In this document: piece by piece, positions 1-13,100 of the stretch
Layout: every line of letters begins with the position of its first letter
Numbering within the stretch: the stretch's first letter is position 1
Assembly: GCA_918797485.1 (NCBI GenBank)
Contig: CAKKNE010000004.1
Span: 1,798,001-1,862,000, forward strand
Origin: Pelagomonas calceolata
Taxonomy: Eukaryota
DNA length: 64,000 bases
Reading direction: 5' to 3'
Translations under genes and position numbers: made by a program
The notes under the pieces: generated by a model
Told to the model about the DNA's origin: nothing
The model's input: the letters and a program-made list of their open reading frames with translations, nothing else
Databases searched by the model: none

Positions 1-2622
1 CGGGATGGCGAGTGTCTCGTGGGAAATCAGGAGGTTCGCGAGAATGCTGGCGGCGAAACAGGACGAGTCTATGTCTCTGGGGCTGCCATTGGGGGTGAAG
101 AGACTACAGTCAGCACGTGGTTAGGTTATGCTTTTGAGCAACCTGTGGCAGTGAGGTGCGTTATTATCTGTCAGAGCGAAGACATTGCGACACGTGCCGA
201 GACAGCTTTCCTAGAACGGAGCCATGATGGCGAGCGTTGGATTCCGCATGCAACACTAGCGCTATCAGCGGCTGCGAATGTGATCCAGGCGAATCCATGC
301 AAATTAAAGTACGAAAGTGAGGACTTGGATCAGAAGCAAAAAAAAGCTTATCATTGGTCAGCGGGGGCTTTTGGGGGGGCACATCAGACTCTTGGCACCA
401 ACACAGCACGTGATGCCTTCTTAATTGATTCGATTGTCATCGCGTATCCGCCGCTTGTTAGATCTGTGACTGGATGCATAGATATATTTTGGCCTGCACA
501 GGAGCCAAAGCCTGGGGCAGCGCCCATACTAGACCATCAAACTGCCGTGGCACAGATGGAAGATGCAAAGCAATTGGAGAATGGCTACCTTGGGCGTGGG
601 TTTGCGAGGTTTGACGGTAGACCTCTAATGAACAACACTAAAAAAATGAGCGTTTATGCAAATACCTACGCCTGTCCTATTGTCGGTAACCTCCGCATAA
701 CACTGAGGGGTGAGCGCCTAGGATCATCGGAAAGACCCACGACTATCGTTGTCGGCGGCCGACCATGCCTGAATGTTACGTACCACAGTTCAGGCGCCGG
801 CGACTCGCAGTACAGCCGAGCCAATTCAGACGAGGTCAGCTGCAAACTACCGGCTGGGGTTCCATCAGTCAGCGGTAAGCCTGTGGACGTCGTAGTGGCA
901 CGTGGTGACACTCCGGGGCTGCGAGACACAGTTCAGTACCTCGCATACCAGGGTCCACCGACACGGGCGGCCATTCCTCGCATCTCCAACATAGCGGCAA
1001 GGTCAGTCGACCTGTGCTGGGTACCACCGGCTCTTAAAGGTTCGCAAGTGGGATCGTCATCTGGGCTTTTAGGTGCACTACAGACGACTGGTTACATTAT
1101 TACTTATCATGTCGTCTCCGACCAGCAAGCAACTGACGCAAAGACGGAAGAAATCAAGCAGAAGCTCCAAGCGCGCCATGATAACGCCCGGATTATACAC
1201 AACGTCACTCTGGGAAATGTAACAGCAACTACAATTATTGGCCTGAAGCCAGACACTCGCTATGTGTTTGCCGTTGCTGCTGTCGTCGAAGACCGCTTTA
1301 GTGACCAATTATTTATTGACACCGTCGACCTCTATGGTCGGCGGTCGCATCTACCGGGCGCTTTCGTTGGCCCTTTTTCTGATTTCACTAACGCAACAGC
1401 CACACTTCAATACGATGTTAGCTTTAACATCTTCAACGCTAACGCGACTGTGCAGCACGGGCCGGCAGACGAGCGAGCGACGCTTGGGCCCACGGGTCTC
1501 TTTGGTGGCGAGGGAAGTTACGGTCTCCTTCTCGTTGGTAGTGCAAATATAGAAAATTGCAATGCATCAACCGCGTGCTGTGATGGCTTCAATGTCCACC
1601 AATACGAGGCTGTGGGGGATGGCTGCGGAGGAAAGCACCTTATTTGTGTCGAAATGGCGACACCTAATTTTCACAAAGCCGAACCCGAGACAGCCCTTCG
1701 CAAGCCTGCCATCAATGATCCACAATTTCCTCAAAACGATCGCGTCGAAAAGCGCATTGTTCTGGTTGAAGAGATTAGCTCGCTTGCACTCACTCTGCCC
1801 CTCCAACCAACCGCAAGTTGCGGACCAGCTATCCGATTAACGCCATCGCTTCCCCGCCACGCTGGAGCCATGTGGTACGCACGCCGTCTCAACGTCCGAG
1901 AGGGCTTTGATACTACCATTGTGTTTCGTACGTCAAACCCATCACAGCGATGTAATCTCATGGATGATGTTTACACTTCCTGTCAATCACGTGGTGGCGA
2001 CGGCTTTGCGTTTGTAATCCAAGAAGACCGTTATGATGCCTTGGGACGCAAGGGTGCAGGGCTTGGTCACGGGGGTATCAACGACTCGCTTGCCGTTGAG
2101 ATTGACACCTATTATAACCCAGAGCTTTCTGAGCCCTACGAAAATCACGTTGCCGTCCACACAAATGGGCGGCGAGGCACCAATAGCGCCCACCAAAAGT
2201 CCACCTTGACCTCGTCAACACAATATCCCAGGACGGCTACGTTTTCGTCGTCCACTCAAGAGTTCCACGCGTTTCGTGTTCGGTATGACCCTCTTCTTAA
2301 ACCGGGCATCCTTAAGGACGATAGATTCTCGGCAACACCACATTCTGCTTCATTCTTTATCGATGGTGCTTCTGACTTTGGAAATGGCCTCGGCGCTCTC
2401 TCTATTTTTATCGATGACCTCAGCGAACCAATCATTATTACCCCCCTTGATCTCGATTCTCTCCTCAGTCTTCATCACGGACGTGCTTGGGTTGGTGCCA
2501 CTGCCTCCACAGGCCTGGAAATATGGCAGACTCACGATGTCCTCGCATGGAACTTCACGTCGCTGCGGATGGACCCTGATACAAACCTGCCGCCTCTCAT
2601 CAACAACGGGGGGCCTGTGTAA
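1..2622 (+). CDS. Multidomain protein (IPT/TIG + fibronectin type III + L-type lectin-like domain), 5'-partial
   Basis: 867-aa ORF that starts at a non-ATG codon near the window edge. Contains an IPT-like segment (LRITLRGERLG...VGGRPC), FN3 (ARSVDLCWVPP...GLKPDTRYVFAVAA) and legume-lectin motifs (GGDGFAFVIQ, SLAVEIDTYYN, AWVGATASTG, HDVLAWNF). Confidence 0.75.
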   Translation, partial: RDGECLVGNQEVRENAGGETGRVYVSGAAIGGEETTVSTWLGYAFEQPVAVRCVIICQSEDIATRAETAFLERSHDGERWIPHATLALSAAANVIQANPCKLKYESEDLDQKQKKAYHWSAGAFGGAHQTLGTNTARDAFLIDSIVIAYPPLVRSVTGCIDIFWPAQEPKPGAAPILDHQTAVAQMEDAKQLENGYLGRGFARFDGRPLMNNTKKMSVYANTYACPIVGNLRITLRGERLGSSERPTTIVVGGRPCLNVTYHSSGAGDSQYSRANSDEVSCKLPAGVPSVSGKPVDVVVARGDTPGLRDTVQYLAYQGPPTRAAIPRISNIAARSVDLCWVPPALKGSQVGSSSGLLGALQTTGYIITYHVVSDQQATDAKTEEIKQKLQARHDNARIIHNVTLGNVTATTIIGLKPDTRYVFAVAAVVEDRFSDQLFIDTVDLYGRRSHLPGAFVGPFSDFTNATATLQYDVSFNIFNANATVQHGPADERATLGPTGLFGGEGSYGLLLVGSANIENCNASTACCDGFNVHQYEAVGDGCGGKHLICVEMATPNFHKAEPETALRKPAINDPQFPQNDRVEKRIVLVEEISSLALTLPLQPTASCGPAIRLTPSLPRHAGAMWYARRLNVREGFDTTIVFRTSNPSQRCNLMDDVYTSCQSRGGDGFAFVIQEDRYDALGRKGAGLGHGGINDSLAVEIDTYYNPELSEPYENHVAVHTNGRRGTNSAHQKSTLTSSTQYPRTATFSSSTQEFHAFRVRYDPLLKPGILKDDRFSATPHSASFFIDGASDFGNGLGALSIFIDDLSEPIIITPLDLDSLLSLHHGRAWVGATASTGLEIWQTHDVLAWNFTSLRMDPDTNLPPLINNGGPV

Positions 2623-3487
2623 TGTTTTGACTAGTAACATTTATTCTATGGTAACATCCATTACGAATAATGGGTTGCGCTCACACGGTGAGTTCGGGGT
2701 CTCTAAATGAAGCCCATTCTTTTGCAGGGGCGGTTAAGGTGATCGACGATTACCAACTCTGCGTGGCCTCTCGTGCTCCGAAGTTACCCCAGCAAACGGC
2801 TGACGACCACCCAGGACAGATAGCGCATTGCCAAAATATGCTGCCAGTGCGATACAGCTCTTGTCAAAAGTCCAAATCATAGGGGGTTCTCATGATCATG
2901 ATGATTACTGGCATGATTAGCCTGAGGCTAACTTGAATTGGAGTTTCTCATGCCAGTGCGGTTTTTCTTCAAGTTCATTACTTGAAGTATTACTATTGGC
3001 CCGGGGTAGACGTCGACATTGGCCCTCACGAGCTGCCAGAGCATCGCCCGACGTCCATTGGCAGACCTTCGCGTGCACCCTCAGGCTAAATACAGCACTG
3101 GCCGCAGTCATGAACTTGGAACTCTTAGAGCCATGTCTTGAGAAAACGCGCCCTCCGCCGACCTGCTGTGATTTTTTGTCGGAGGGTCGATACGTTCCTG
3201 ATTTCCCCATTCCAAAGATATTCCGAGGCTGGCCCGCTCGCGCCCTACCGTGACCGCAGTAACAACTGCCGCAGTCGCGGCCCGGGCAGGGCTTCATTCC
3301 CAATCAATGTTTTGTCCGGCAGGGCTACGCCATTTAGTTGTAAGTTTCGGGGCTCAGTCACTCCTAGTGACTCACAGTGTACAGTGGACTCACACTCATC
3401 CGATATCCCCAGCTAATACTGAGCTATCCCCCTTATCCCATCAGAGTAGAGCACTCCCTCGTGGGTGTGCGATCGCGGCGCGTGAAC

Positions 3488-6400
3488 ATGCGTGGTATCC
3501 AGATATCAACACCGCGTTTTAAACGCAATCCGCGTGAAGCCGCCGTCGCGACTGTGGCGGCGAGGTTTGCCACGGCAACACCTGTAGAGGTGCCGAGTCA
3601 CTCGGATATATGGGGTGATATCGGTGATGCGGTTCCAAAAGTGCCGCCGGCTGCTGCTGACGACGACTTCGGTATTTGCAGCGCATGCGGTCTCTCTAGT
3701 GTCGTGTGCTATGACAGCTCTAACAAAGACGATGCTGGCGGCACCAGCGATGAGCACAACAATTGTTACGCGGGTGTAGCGAGGCAACAGCGTGGTTCGC
3801 CTATATCCCGAACAAATGGTGAAAGTGCATTAGTGGGAGCTGCTCGACGCGGGGCAACGGAGGCCGTGCGCGCGTTGCTTGGTGCTGGTGCTACCGTGAA
3901 CGTAGCGTCAGCTTCTGGTGAGACTGCGTTAGATACTGCAATGGTCAATGGGCAGCTCAGCGCGGCGCTCGCACTTGTGCGGGCAGGCGCCACAGTGTCG
4001 AGGACCGACGATAGACTTTTGCGCGTTGCTACGCTACGTGGAGATGATGAGCTTGTTTCTCTGTTGCTACAGGCTGGTGCCCCACCACTGCTTGCACGAC
4101 CTGCAACAATTGGTGAGCCCGAACTGCTCGCTGACGAGGAAGAGCAAGGCGCAACGTCATGTCTTCTTCTTGCTGCCCGGCACCCGATAACTCGAATTCT
4201 CAGTGCATACCTTCAATTTTTTGCCGCGGCAGATGATGGCGGACAGGTGCTGCTTGAGGCACCACACGGCCAGCGACACGTGACGGTATGTGCTCTTGTT
4301 AGTGATTCATGCGATCAATTTTTGTTTGTCTTTGTAGGCGCTCATGGTTGCGGCAGCAAATGGCTCACGTGATGATGCACATGCTGTGAAAGCCCTTCTT
4401 GCTGCAGGCTGCTCGCCATTTGCCGCTGATATTGCAGGTCGGTCAGCACTCCATCGAGCTGCTGCTGCTGACAGCAGCACGGTCATCACCGCGCTCACTA
4501 CTGCTGCGCGTCTACGAGTGGAATCCCCGGCTTATCGGGAATTCGTAAATGCGTGCGAAGCGAGCGGTCCAGGCCACACAGCGCTGCATTGTAGTGCGGC
4601 TGCTGGTGCAGATACTGCCATTGCTGCACTTCTAACAGCCGGAGCGGACGCAACAGTACTTGATGCCAATGGCGCGTCGGCTTTAAATGTTGCAGTGACT
4701 TTCGGTCACGCTAGTTGTGTGCAGCAGCTCCTTGGTATGACGGATGCCGTTCTTGACGGTGACATTGCTGTTTGTGTTTCATTAGCTAGACAGGGGAATT
4801 GGCCTGTGGAGGCATGTGTGGAGCTCTTGATTGAAGAGTTAGTCTTAGGGTCTGCATCCTCTACGGTAAATGCTTCCACTCAACTTGGTCCGGCACCGCT
4901 AGCAGCCGCGGCACGCCGTGGCGATATTGAGGCCGTCTGTGCTCTTGTTGAAGAAGCGGGCGCTGACGCTACACTGTCTGGTGACCTCTCGCCACTGGCA
5001 GCGGGAGCAATGGCCGGCTGTCTCGCTGTCTGTGGTGAGTTTGTCTCTCGCGGTGCTCAACCGGCAGCAGCGCTCATGGATAGCGGTTTGAGTCTACTTC
5101 GAGCAGCATGCGCGGCAGGTGACACTTCCGTCGTCCGACGTCTGCTTGGCGCTTTCAATTCTCATGATCTTAATAGTGATGACTTGCGGTCAGCTCTCCA
5201 CGCGGCTGCATCGCGTGCTGATGATGATGCTGTCGAGGCATTGTTGGCTTTTGGCCACTCTCATCAGATGAGTGCCGCCTTCCTCTATCCCCTATCTCTC
5301 AGCAATGACGCTACAACATCATCAATCTTGCCATGCAAGATGCAAAGCTGCGACTATCTGGTACAATTCCCTGAACCCGGCGATGCCTGCGAGCCTGCGC
5401 TACTAGCAGCTTGTCGCGCAGGCGCAACAACTTGTGTTGCAGCGCTGACGCGGCATGCAGAATCGCTGCACGCAGCACTGGACAAAAACCGCCGTTGCGC
5501 ACTGCACCATGTGGCCGCGTGTGACCAAGCTTTGCTTGTCGAGCGACTCTGCAGCCTCGATGGATCCTTGGTGACCTGTCGCGACGCCTACGGAGCAACA
5601 TCGCTGCATGCTGCTGCTGCTGCAGGTGCCGGAGCAGCCATAGGGGCGCTGCTCCGCCATGGCGCTGACGCGACATTTGAGGACTCAAAGGGGCGCACTC
5701 CGCGTGATATAGCTCTTGAACGGAACCAAGAGCGCGCTGCGGCACAGATTGATGCGATGGCTGATGCGATCGACGACGGTGACTTCGACGAGTGTGCGCG
5801 GCTTGCGGATGCCGGGAATTGGCCTGTCGACTGGTGTGCTTTATCAGGCGACACTGCTCTTGTTGCTGCGGCACGTCGTGGCGCTCCCGACGCAGTATCA
5901 CGCTTACTAGCCTGTGGGGCAACTGTCGATGCGGTGACAGACAATGATGAAACACCTCTTGCTGCTGCGGCCACTGCCGGCCATCTCGACGTCTGCGCAG
6001 CGCTTCTTGCTGCAGGTGCCGACCCAACCAAAGTCGCCGACCGATCAGCGAGTCTCCTTGCCGCTGCTGTTGTGGCTGATGAGCCTGAGCTTGTTGATGC
6101 GCTCCTGGCGCGAGGTGCTAGCGCACGGCCTGTTACATGCAGAACTGAGCCAACCAGTGCATTTCTAGTTGCTATCGAACTTGGCTCTCGACAAATAGTG
6201 GACTCCTTTGTGCAGCGTGCCATTGCAACTGGTGCTCTTGATGTGAATGAGCCCCACGGTGACGCACATGTTAGAGCTCTGCACGCAGCCGCCGCTCGTG
6301 GTCGGGCCGATATTGTTCAGAGTCTCCTCAAGGCTGGTGCCCAGGTTGATGTCCTTGATAACAAGGGTAAATCTGCTCTTCACTATGCAGCTGGCCACGA

Positions 6401-6560
6401 CCACGATGACGTGCTGAGAGTCCTTGTGTCGAAAGGGGCTGACGTTCTTCGCAAAGATATGACTGGGACAACCCCTCTTAATGTTGCTATCGCCCAGGGG
6501 GCCAAATCTGCAGAGTCTGCTCTTCTAATGGCGGAATCAATGCTACATCCCACCACGTGA
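3488..6560 (+). CDS. Ankyrin-repeat protein (2 exons; intron about 4285-4337)
   Basis: Many ANK consensus motifs (GESALVGAARRG, GRSALHRAA, GATSLHAAA, GKSALHYAA) in ORFs 3377-4372 and 4344-6560, joined by a GTATGT...TTTGTAG intron. Start codon is uncertain. Confidence 0.85.
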
Positions 6561-9010
6561 AACACTCGACAAATAGTGCTGTGTGAGGAGATATACATCT
6601 AAGCGTGGGTCTGGCTCTTTGCCAGTGCCGCGGATCGGGAATCTCCAACGCCCCGGCTGTCCTTGATGTGCAACTGCTATTGTGCGGCTCTACAGGTTCG
6701 CTCTTTCTGCCCCTGCGAAAGCAAGTTACGCTACTGACTAGGGTAGATGCAGGTCATTTGCCAACTGACTAAATCCGGCTATGGGCACGGTCGCCCCACA
6801 CGCACACACGCACACTAAGTTACTACCATTCCCACGCGCATGGCCCTTTTGAGGTGTGACTTCCGCGTCAAACTTGTCGAGCGGCCAATCGACGCTCAGT
6901 CGCGTAATAAGTGTTTCTCTCCAAGAGGACAACCTGCCAGACAGTGACGAGCCGACTGCCAGACGCCCGGCCCTTTTGTATGTTGGCGGACTGCCCTACC
7001 GTGCGGCATCGGCGCTTAGCTGAGGAAATATTGCCGGGGCGACTCTAGATGTCAGCCGGAGTGTCGCGCCGCCACCGTGGCTCGGGCCTCAGACGCAGCC
7101 CGTAGTTGAATCCCAGCTGCCCCGCCCCGAATCCTCTCCTGGGCCCGACTCGGAGGCTGCTCGCCCGACGCTGGGAGGCAAGGGTGAGTTCTCAAGGGTG
7201 CATTTGCCGTACTGTTCTGACGCCATCCCCGCCGTCCCAGTCCCCTCCCTCTGAGACAGGAGAATGACAGCCCTGGGGTTCGGGATCCCAGGCATCGGGC
7301 AGTCATCCTCCGCCGTTTTCGCCGCGGCGCCACCACTGCCGTCCTCGCCGTCGGGGCCGTCTTCGCGCCGTGCCGTGCCGTCCCGGGCCGTCCGTCGCAT
7401 TTACGTACTAGTCGCATCTTTCTCCGTGGGGCGGACGGCGCCGTCCGGAATGTCGGGCCGTCGTGGCCATCCGCGGCGTTCGCATGTTCGGCCGCCCGGG
7501 CTGCGCGCCATCCTGGCCATCCGAATCAAGTTGGCTATATTTTTCCTACTACTAGTACTAGCCACTAACAGTGAGCCTCAAGCTGTCTGTCACGGTTTGT
7601 CAAGTTGCTGGCTAACCAGCCTGTAGTATCTCCTACTCAGGCTTCTATATGATTAATTTAACAACTTAATTTAATAGCACCCGGGCCATCCATCCTGATT
7701 TTAATCATGGGAGCCATTCTCGTCGCAAACGCCCTAAATAAAACATCATGATGGGACTACTAATCATGATGATTTCATTAGACTTCTATTCTAGCTTGGT
7801 GTGTGTCCTTTCTTTATTAGGTCCAACTTGAAATTATTAGGATATTGCTTCCGAGTCCTTCAAGTTCTGGCAGCGACAATGAAGCGGCGGTCCCGGCAAG
7901 CAGCCCGTACCCTCGCTGGCTTCCTCCTAAGCTCCAGTGGGTCCGGGGCCCACCGGCGGGCCGGCGCTACAGCCTGAGCAGCGCGCGGGCACGCGGCAAT
8001 GCGCGGCCCTTTGCAAGTTATAGTTATATAGATAGCAGAGCTTGAGGATAATCCGAGTCAAGGGAGACCCGGAACATCATATATATATATGCCTTATATA
8101 CCGTGACCTATTAATCTACCTACGGCTCGGAACTTGAACCAGGATAACCCCAGGGGTTATTAACCCCAATTGCGGCCCGGGGTCAGTAACCCGGGTAAAT
8201 ACCCGTCACTACGGGTTACTATTAACCTCAGGACCTTATTGAGGGGTAGGGGAGGGGGGGGCCATGGACATGCCCTGGTACTTGCCTTGGCGCACCTGCA
8301 CGTATCCAAAGGCGCAACGGGCTGCTTGCGCCCATCCGCTCGCCCGGAGGGATCTTTTTCGCTAATCTCACTAAACGGGTTTCGATTGTTAAACTCGTTT
8401 AGCAATTAAGTACCGAGTTATTGACCGGGTTATTAACCCCGGATCTCCTTCGAGGGGTAATTATAGGTTAATAACGGGTAATTAACAGGTTACTTACATT
8501 CCTAGCCTCTTAGAACTTGAAATTATCAGTAGTACCAGTGACGGATTACTTCTAGTATATTCATAAACGCACGCGCAAATTACACGCAAAATACGGCGTA
8601 ATTTGAGTTGACGGGGGGAAGCTTCTCACAGCTCTTCTCACCGTGACGTAAAAAATGCCGTGCTGCGTACCTGCACCCTAGCCATGACCTCCAGTGCCGC
8701 CGCCCTGGGGCTGGGGAGCGGACCTCAGAGGAAACCCGGCTTTTGTGTATGCTCGTAGTCTGCTTAACAGATAGTCAGTCTGAAGGCACTTCAACTTGAG
8801 ATTGAACCAGCCTGAGAAGAAGCGTACATGGAGGACGCTCTTCTAGTCCCCGGGCCCGTTCTTCGTGGCTACCGAGCGAGCACTGCATAACAGAAGCGAG
8901 GAATCTGCCCTGAACCAAAGTTTGCTTCTGCGACCGGCACTTGGTGAACTTGATTTGTCTCCTCAACGGTGACAGTAGTGAAGCCTCAAGTCAACCACAG
9001 TACATGTAAA

Positions 9011-9946
9011 TTACTGCACCATGCACGCGGCGGAGTCGCCTGAACCCGCCTTGCCGTAGCGTTCGGTGAGCCTGGGAACTGCATTCTTCCTCGTATTCCA
9101 TTCATAGAAAAACCACGCGTCGCCCGCATCCCGGCCAGCGACCGAAGAGCCTCCGAGAACGCTTACCTCCAACAAGGCCAATTGAAGCTTGAAGCCCTCG
9201 TTTGGATTGGCCTGGGGACGCATGCGATTGATGTGATGGAACGCAACGTGAAGCGGCACGTGGTGCGAGACCATAAGGTGCACGATAGCCAGCGCCACCG
9301 AGCGCGACGAACCGGCTATACAGTGCACGAGGCAGCGGCCGCCAACGCGTTCAACCCTCTGAAGAAAATTTGCTGCGACCTCGAAGCAGGACATGATCGG
9401 CGCGTCCGGTGCGTCCATCAGTGGAATCTTGTGATAGATGAACGCGTCAGGGTGATAATTAGGCAGCTGCTTGCACGTGTTCAACACGTGTGTTATGCCA
9501 ATGCCCTCGAGCCGCCGGCGGTCCATCGCGTCTTCTCGGCACCCTAGCACCAAGTGGTGTGTGACGATCGTATGCCTGCGAATATCATCAGGCACAGAAA
9601 AGAACTTGGGGAGGCCCTGCGACGAGAAGTTCCCGTTCGCTACGCGAGGCCCGCGGCGCGCGTGTATTCGCGCCTGTGCTACTGACACGATGCGACATTC
9701 GGCGTCCTCGTCGATGTGAGGTGCCACCTCCAGGTCTGTCGATTCTACACGCTCACGCCGTCTGCGACCCGCGTCGGAGAAGGCTCGGGATGCGACAATC
9801 ATTGTCTTGACCCGCCGCAGCTTCCGCCTTGCCTGCTGTCGCGCAAGCTCCGATCGTGCCGCGGGGCTCCGGTCAAACGAAGAACGACCACTCATTTCGC
9901 CGCGCGAGTGGCGAGACGGCCGCCCGCCATTGGTGGTGGTGATCAT
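9011..9946 (-). CDS. Dual-specificity protein phosphatase with C-terminal CaaX
   Basis: HCIAGSSRS catalytic CX5R loop; GITHVLN and NPNEGFKLQL motifs; ends in CMVQ. Confidence 0.9.
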   Translation of the reverse strand: MITTTNGGRPSRHSRGEMSGRSSFDRSPAARSELARQQARRKLRRVKTMIVASRAFSDAGRRRRERVESTDLEVAPHIDEDAECRIVSVAQARIHARRGPRVANGNFSSQGLPKFFSVPDDIRRHTIVTHHLVLGCREDAMDRRRLEGIGITHVLNTCKQLPNYHPDAFIYHKIPLMDAPDAPIMSCFEVAANFLQRVERVGGRCLVHCIAGSSRSVALAIVHLMVSHHVPLHVAFHHINRMRPQANPNEGFKLQLALLEVSVLGGSSVAGRDAGDAWFFYEWNTRKNAVPRLTERYGKAGSGDSAACMVQ

Positions 9947-10169
9947 GAGCTCATGTCACAGGCTGGAGGTTTTGGGGAATAACCTCGAGGGGCAGCGATG
10001 ACACCAGTCTAGTCTGCCTCAGAGTGTTTGTCGCCAATGGTCCGCAAAAACTAATATATTACGGGGGTTTGTTTAACATGCGCCGGCAAGATGTGTCGCG
10101 AGTTATCCGATCTGAAAGATACCACGGTACTTTTTACCTTTTGCGTTGAGCTGCGCCCAGACAGGCGCC

Positions 10170-13100
10170 ATGGGTCAGGTGCTAGGCCGCGCCCCGCTCC
10201 TGCCAGTGGCCCGGCATTATGTAAACGGTCTGCGAACCAGTGTCGAGATCCCCCCCTCTCCGTTCGCCGACACACACGCGCGCGCGCCGACTCGTTACCT
10301 GCCGCAGTCCCAAGCGCGAGCGTGCACCACTTATGGGATGCGTTCAACGATATTGCAGAGGGCATGGGCCTCACATCCGATGAAACTTGCGAGATCTTGC
10401 GCGTTTGTCTCAAGGACGTACTTGGCTATGCAGAGAAAAAGCTAGACGCACTCTCGCGAAGCCTTTTCGTCGCCCTCGATGACGACCAAAACGAGCTCAT
10501 CGACGCTCTTGAATTTCTAGCAGCGCTGGGTGCCCTTTCTGGCATGTCACAAGAGCAGAAAATTACCTTTATTTTTGGTATCTTTGACTTTGATGAGTCG
10601 GGCGTGCTCACAGTAGACGAGACAATCCTAGCGTTGCGATCGACTCTCTCGGGACTTTGCAAACTAAGCGGCCTTGAGCTGCCCCCTGAGACGGAGATCG
10701 AGCGCGTCGCTGTTGGCGCGTTTGCCGGCGTGCGTGACATCGAGGGGTCGACGATCAGCAAGATAGACTTCGCAACATACTGTACCATAACACCCGAGAT
10801 AACGTCTTGGATCGACTTCTACGGTGATATATGCGAGACGGCAAAGCCGGCAGCTCCGCTCGGTGACAGGGCGGTCGATCGGTTCATTGAAGCACTGGCG
10901 GCACCGCCTGTACGCGATATGGGGCACCTCCTAGCGAAAGATATGGAAAGCGGTCCAACGATGTTACTTGAGTTGGAGGATGCGGCAGCAGCGGCACAGG
11001 CCGACGGCGTACCGCCAGTGGAGGTAACACGACCGCAACCGCCATGGCTCGCAACCACAGCATTTCTGGAGCCGACTGATTGCCCGGCTGAAGTTGCGGC
11101 CTTACCCGCGGAGGGTCTGCAGCTCGAGCACCTCTTCGGCTTCAATGCCCAGCGGCGTCAGCATGCGTTCTACGCTGCACGCGGCGAGCTGGTCTACCCA
11201 GCGGGCACTGTCGGCGTTGTCCTAGACTGCGCCTCCGGTACACAACGACACGCTCAGCACCACGCAGATTGTGTCGAGTGCTTACGTGTGCACCACGCCG
11301 AGGGGGACACATGGGTTGCGACCGGCGAGCTGGGTGCGCGCCCGAAGGTCTTTGTATGGTCCGCCACAACGCTCGACGTTCTGGCAATAATCCGCGGGGT
11401 GCACCGTGTTGGTGTGCTCCACGTCGCATTTTCGGGCGACGGTGTCTTGTTGGCGACAGTCGGCGCGCCACACGAGGGCGTTGCCGATCGTCCCGCTGCG
11501 CAGCTTGTGGCTATATACGACTGGCGCGCAACGCTTCTACTGTTTGCCGCCGATGTTCCAGCAGCCACACTTGTTCTTGACGCGCGTTTCGTCCATGGCC
11601 GTGACCTCGCTACCTGCGGCGTCAACCACGTCCAATTCTGGCGCGTGCGCATGGACGTCAGTGGCGCTGACGTAGCCCCTGGCGATAAGGGGGACGCTAG
11701 TGAAGAAGCTGCCACCAAAATTGACACGTTTCGCGCTGAGCGCGGCCTACTCTGCCGGAAAGCACCGCCGCAGCCCTTCCTAGCAGTCGCGGGCACCGGC
11801 GCGCACGTTGTAGTCGGCGCTGCAAGTGGCCACCTCCTGCTCTTCGTCGGCCGAACGTGTGTCCAGGCAATCAAGGCACATGCGGGCGCAGTTACATCAC
11901 TCCACACAGTCGAAAGCGGAGGTATCCAAGGCCTGTGCTCGGCGTCGACTGACGGTCACATCCAGCTCTGGACGGCAACTGCGGATGGTCTCGATGCTGG
12001 TTCAAGTATCGACGCGGCTGCACTCGGCGCCCGCGATCCATGTGTGCTAGCAGTCTGCTGGGATGCGACGCGGGATCGCTTGGCAGTTACAACAGCCGGC
12101 GGCGAGATCTTTGAGGCAGCGGCAACTGATGGCCGCGCCTTGCACGACGGCCAGCCCGTTGCAGCCGGCCACGCAGAGCGGCGACTCTGCGGCCTGGCGC
12201 CGCACCCATCACAGTCACACATTGCGACATGTGGCGACGACAAGGCCGTTGTCATCTGGGACTGCGAGGCGAGACGACCAGTGCGGTCTTGTATTCTTGA
12301 CACAATTGCACGGTGCTGTGCCTTCTCGCCTGACGGCAGACACCTGGCGGTGGGACTAGGCGGTGTCGACCGGCGCGGGCGCCGGCAGCGCAAGGACGGT
12401 GCGTTCGTCATCCTGGACACAGCCACGCTGGGTGTCGTACACGAAGCACGGGACGCAAGACTGCCATTGACCTGCTGTGCCTTCTCGCCTGACGGCCGCG
12501 CGCTCGCTTTTGGCGCGGACGACCGCGCACTCTACGTCTACGATGCGGGTGATTTTGCTGCAACGACAAAGTGCCGCGGTCACCGTGGCCGTGTGTGCCA
12601 TATCGATTGGAGTTCCGACGCGCAGCTCATTCAGTCTTGCGACGACGCGGGTGAATTACTCTTTTGGGAGGCCGATTCGGGCGAGCCACGCGCGCCACGT
12701 CTTGTACGAGATGCGGCATGGGCAACGCAGTCGTGCATATTCGGCTGGCCGCTCCGTGGGTGCTGGGGCGAGGATGGTAACGGCAGTGGCGGCAACCTGG
12801 CGCCGCTGACGGCCTGCGCGCGCCTACCGGCTGATGCCGGCGGCCATCTCACAGCGCGCGACCCGCGCATGTCTCATTACCGGGCTAAGTCACGTCTCGC
12901 ATCGCGTCGCATCGCGTCGCATCGCGTCGCATCGGTCCATTTGATCCAGCCCTGAGGTCACGGAGAGAACTGGGGGCGGAAGGGGCGCGTGGGTGATTCA
13001 AACTGCGCGACGTGGACCCGCAGGCTGCGGTTGATGCGCATGGTCGCGTGCGTCTCTGGCGGTACCCCGTCGCCGCTAAAGGCGCGGTCCCTCGCGACTC

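Noticed and set aside
12895..12935. (TCGCATCGCG)n repeat
   Set aside because: Simple intronic microsatellite with no further structure.
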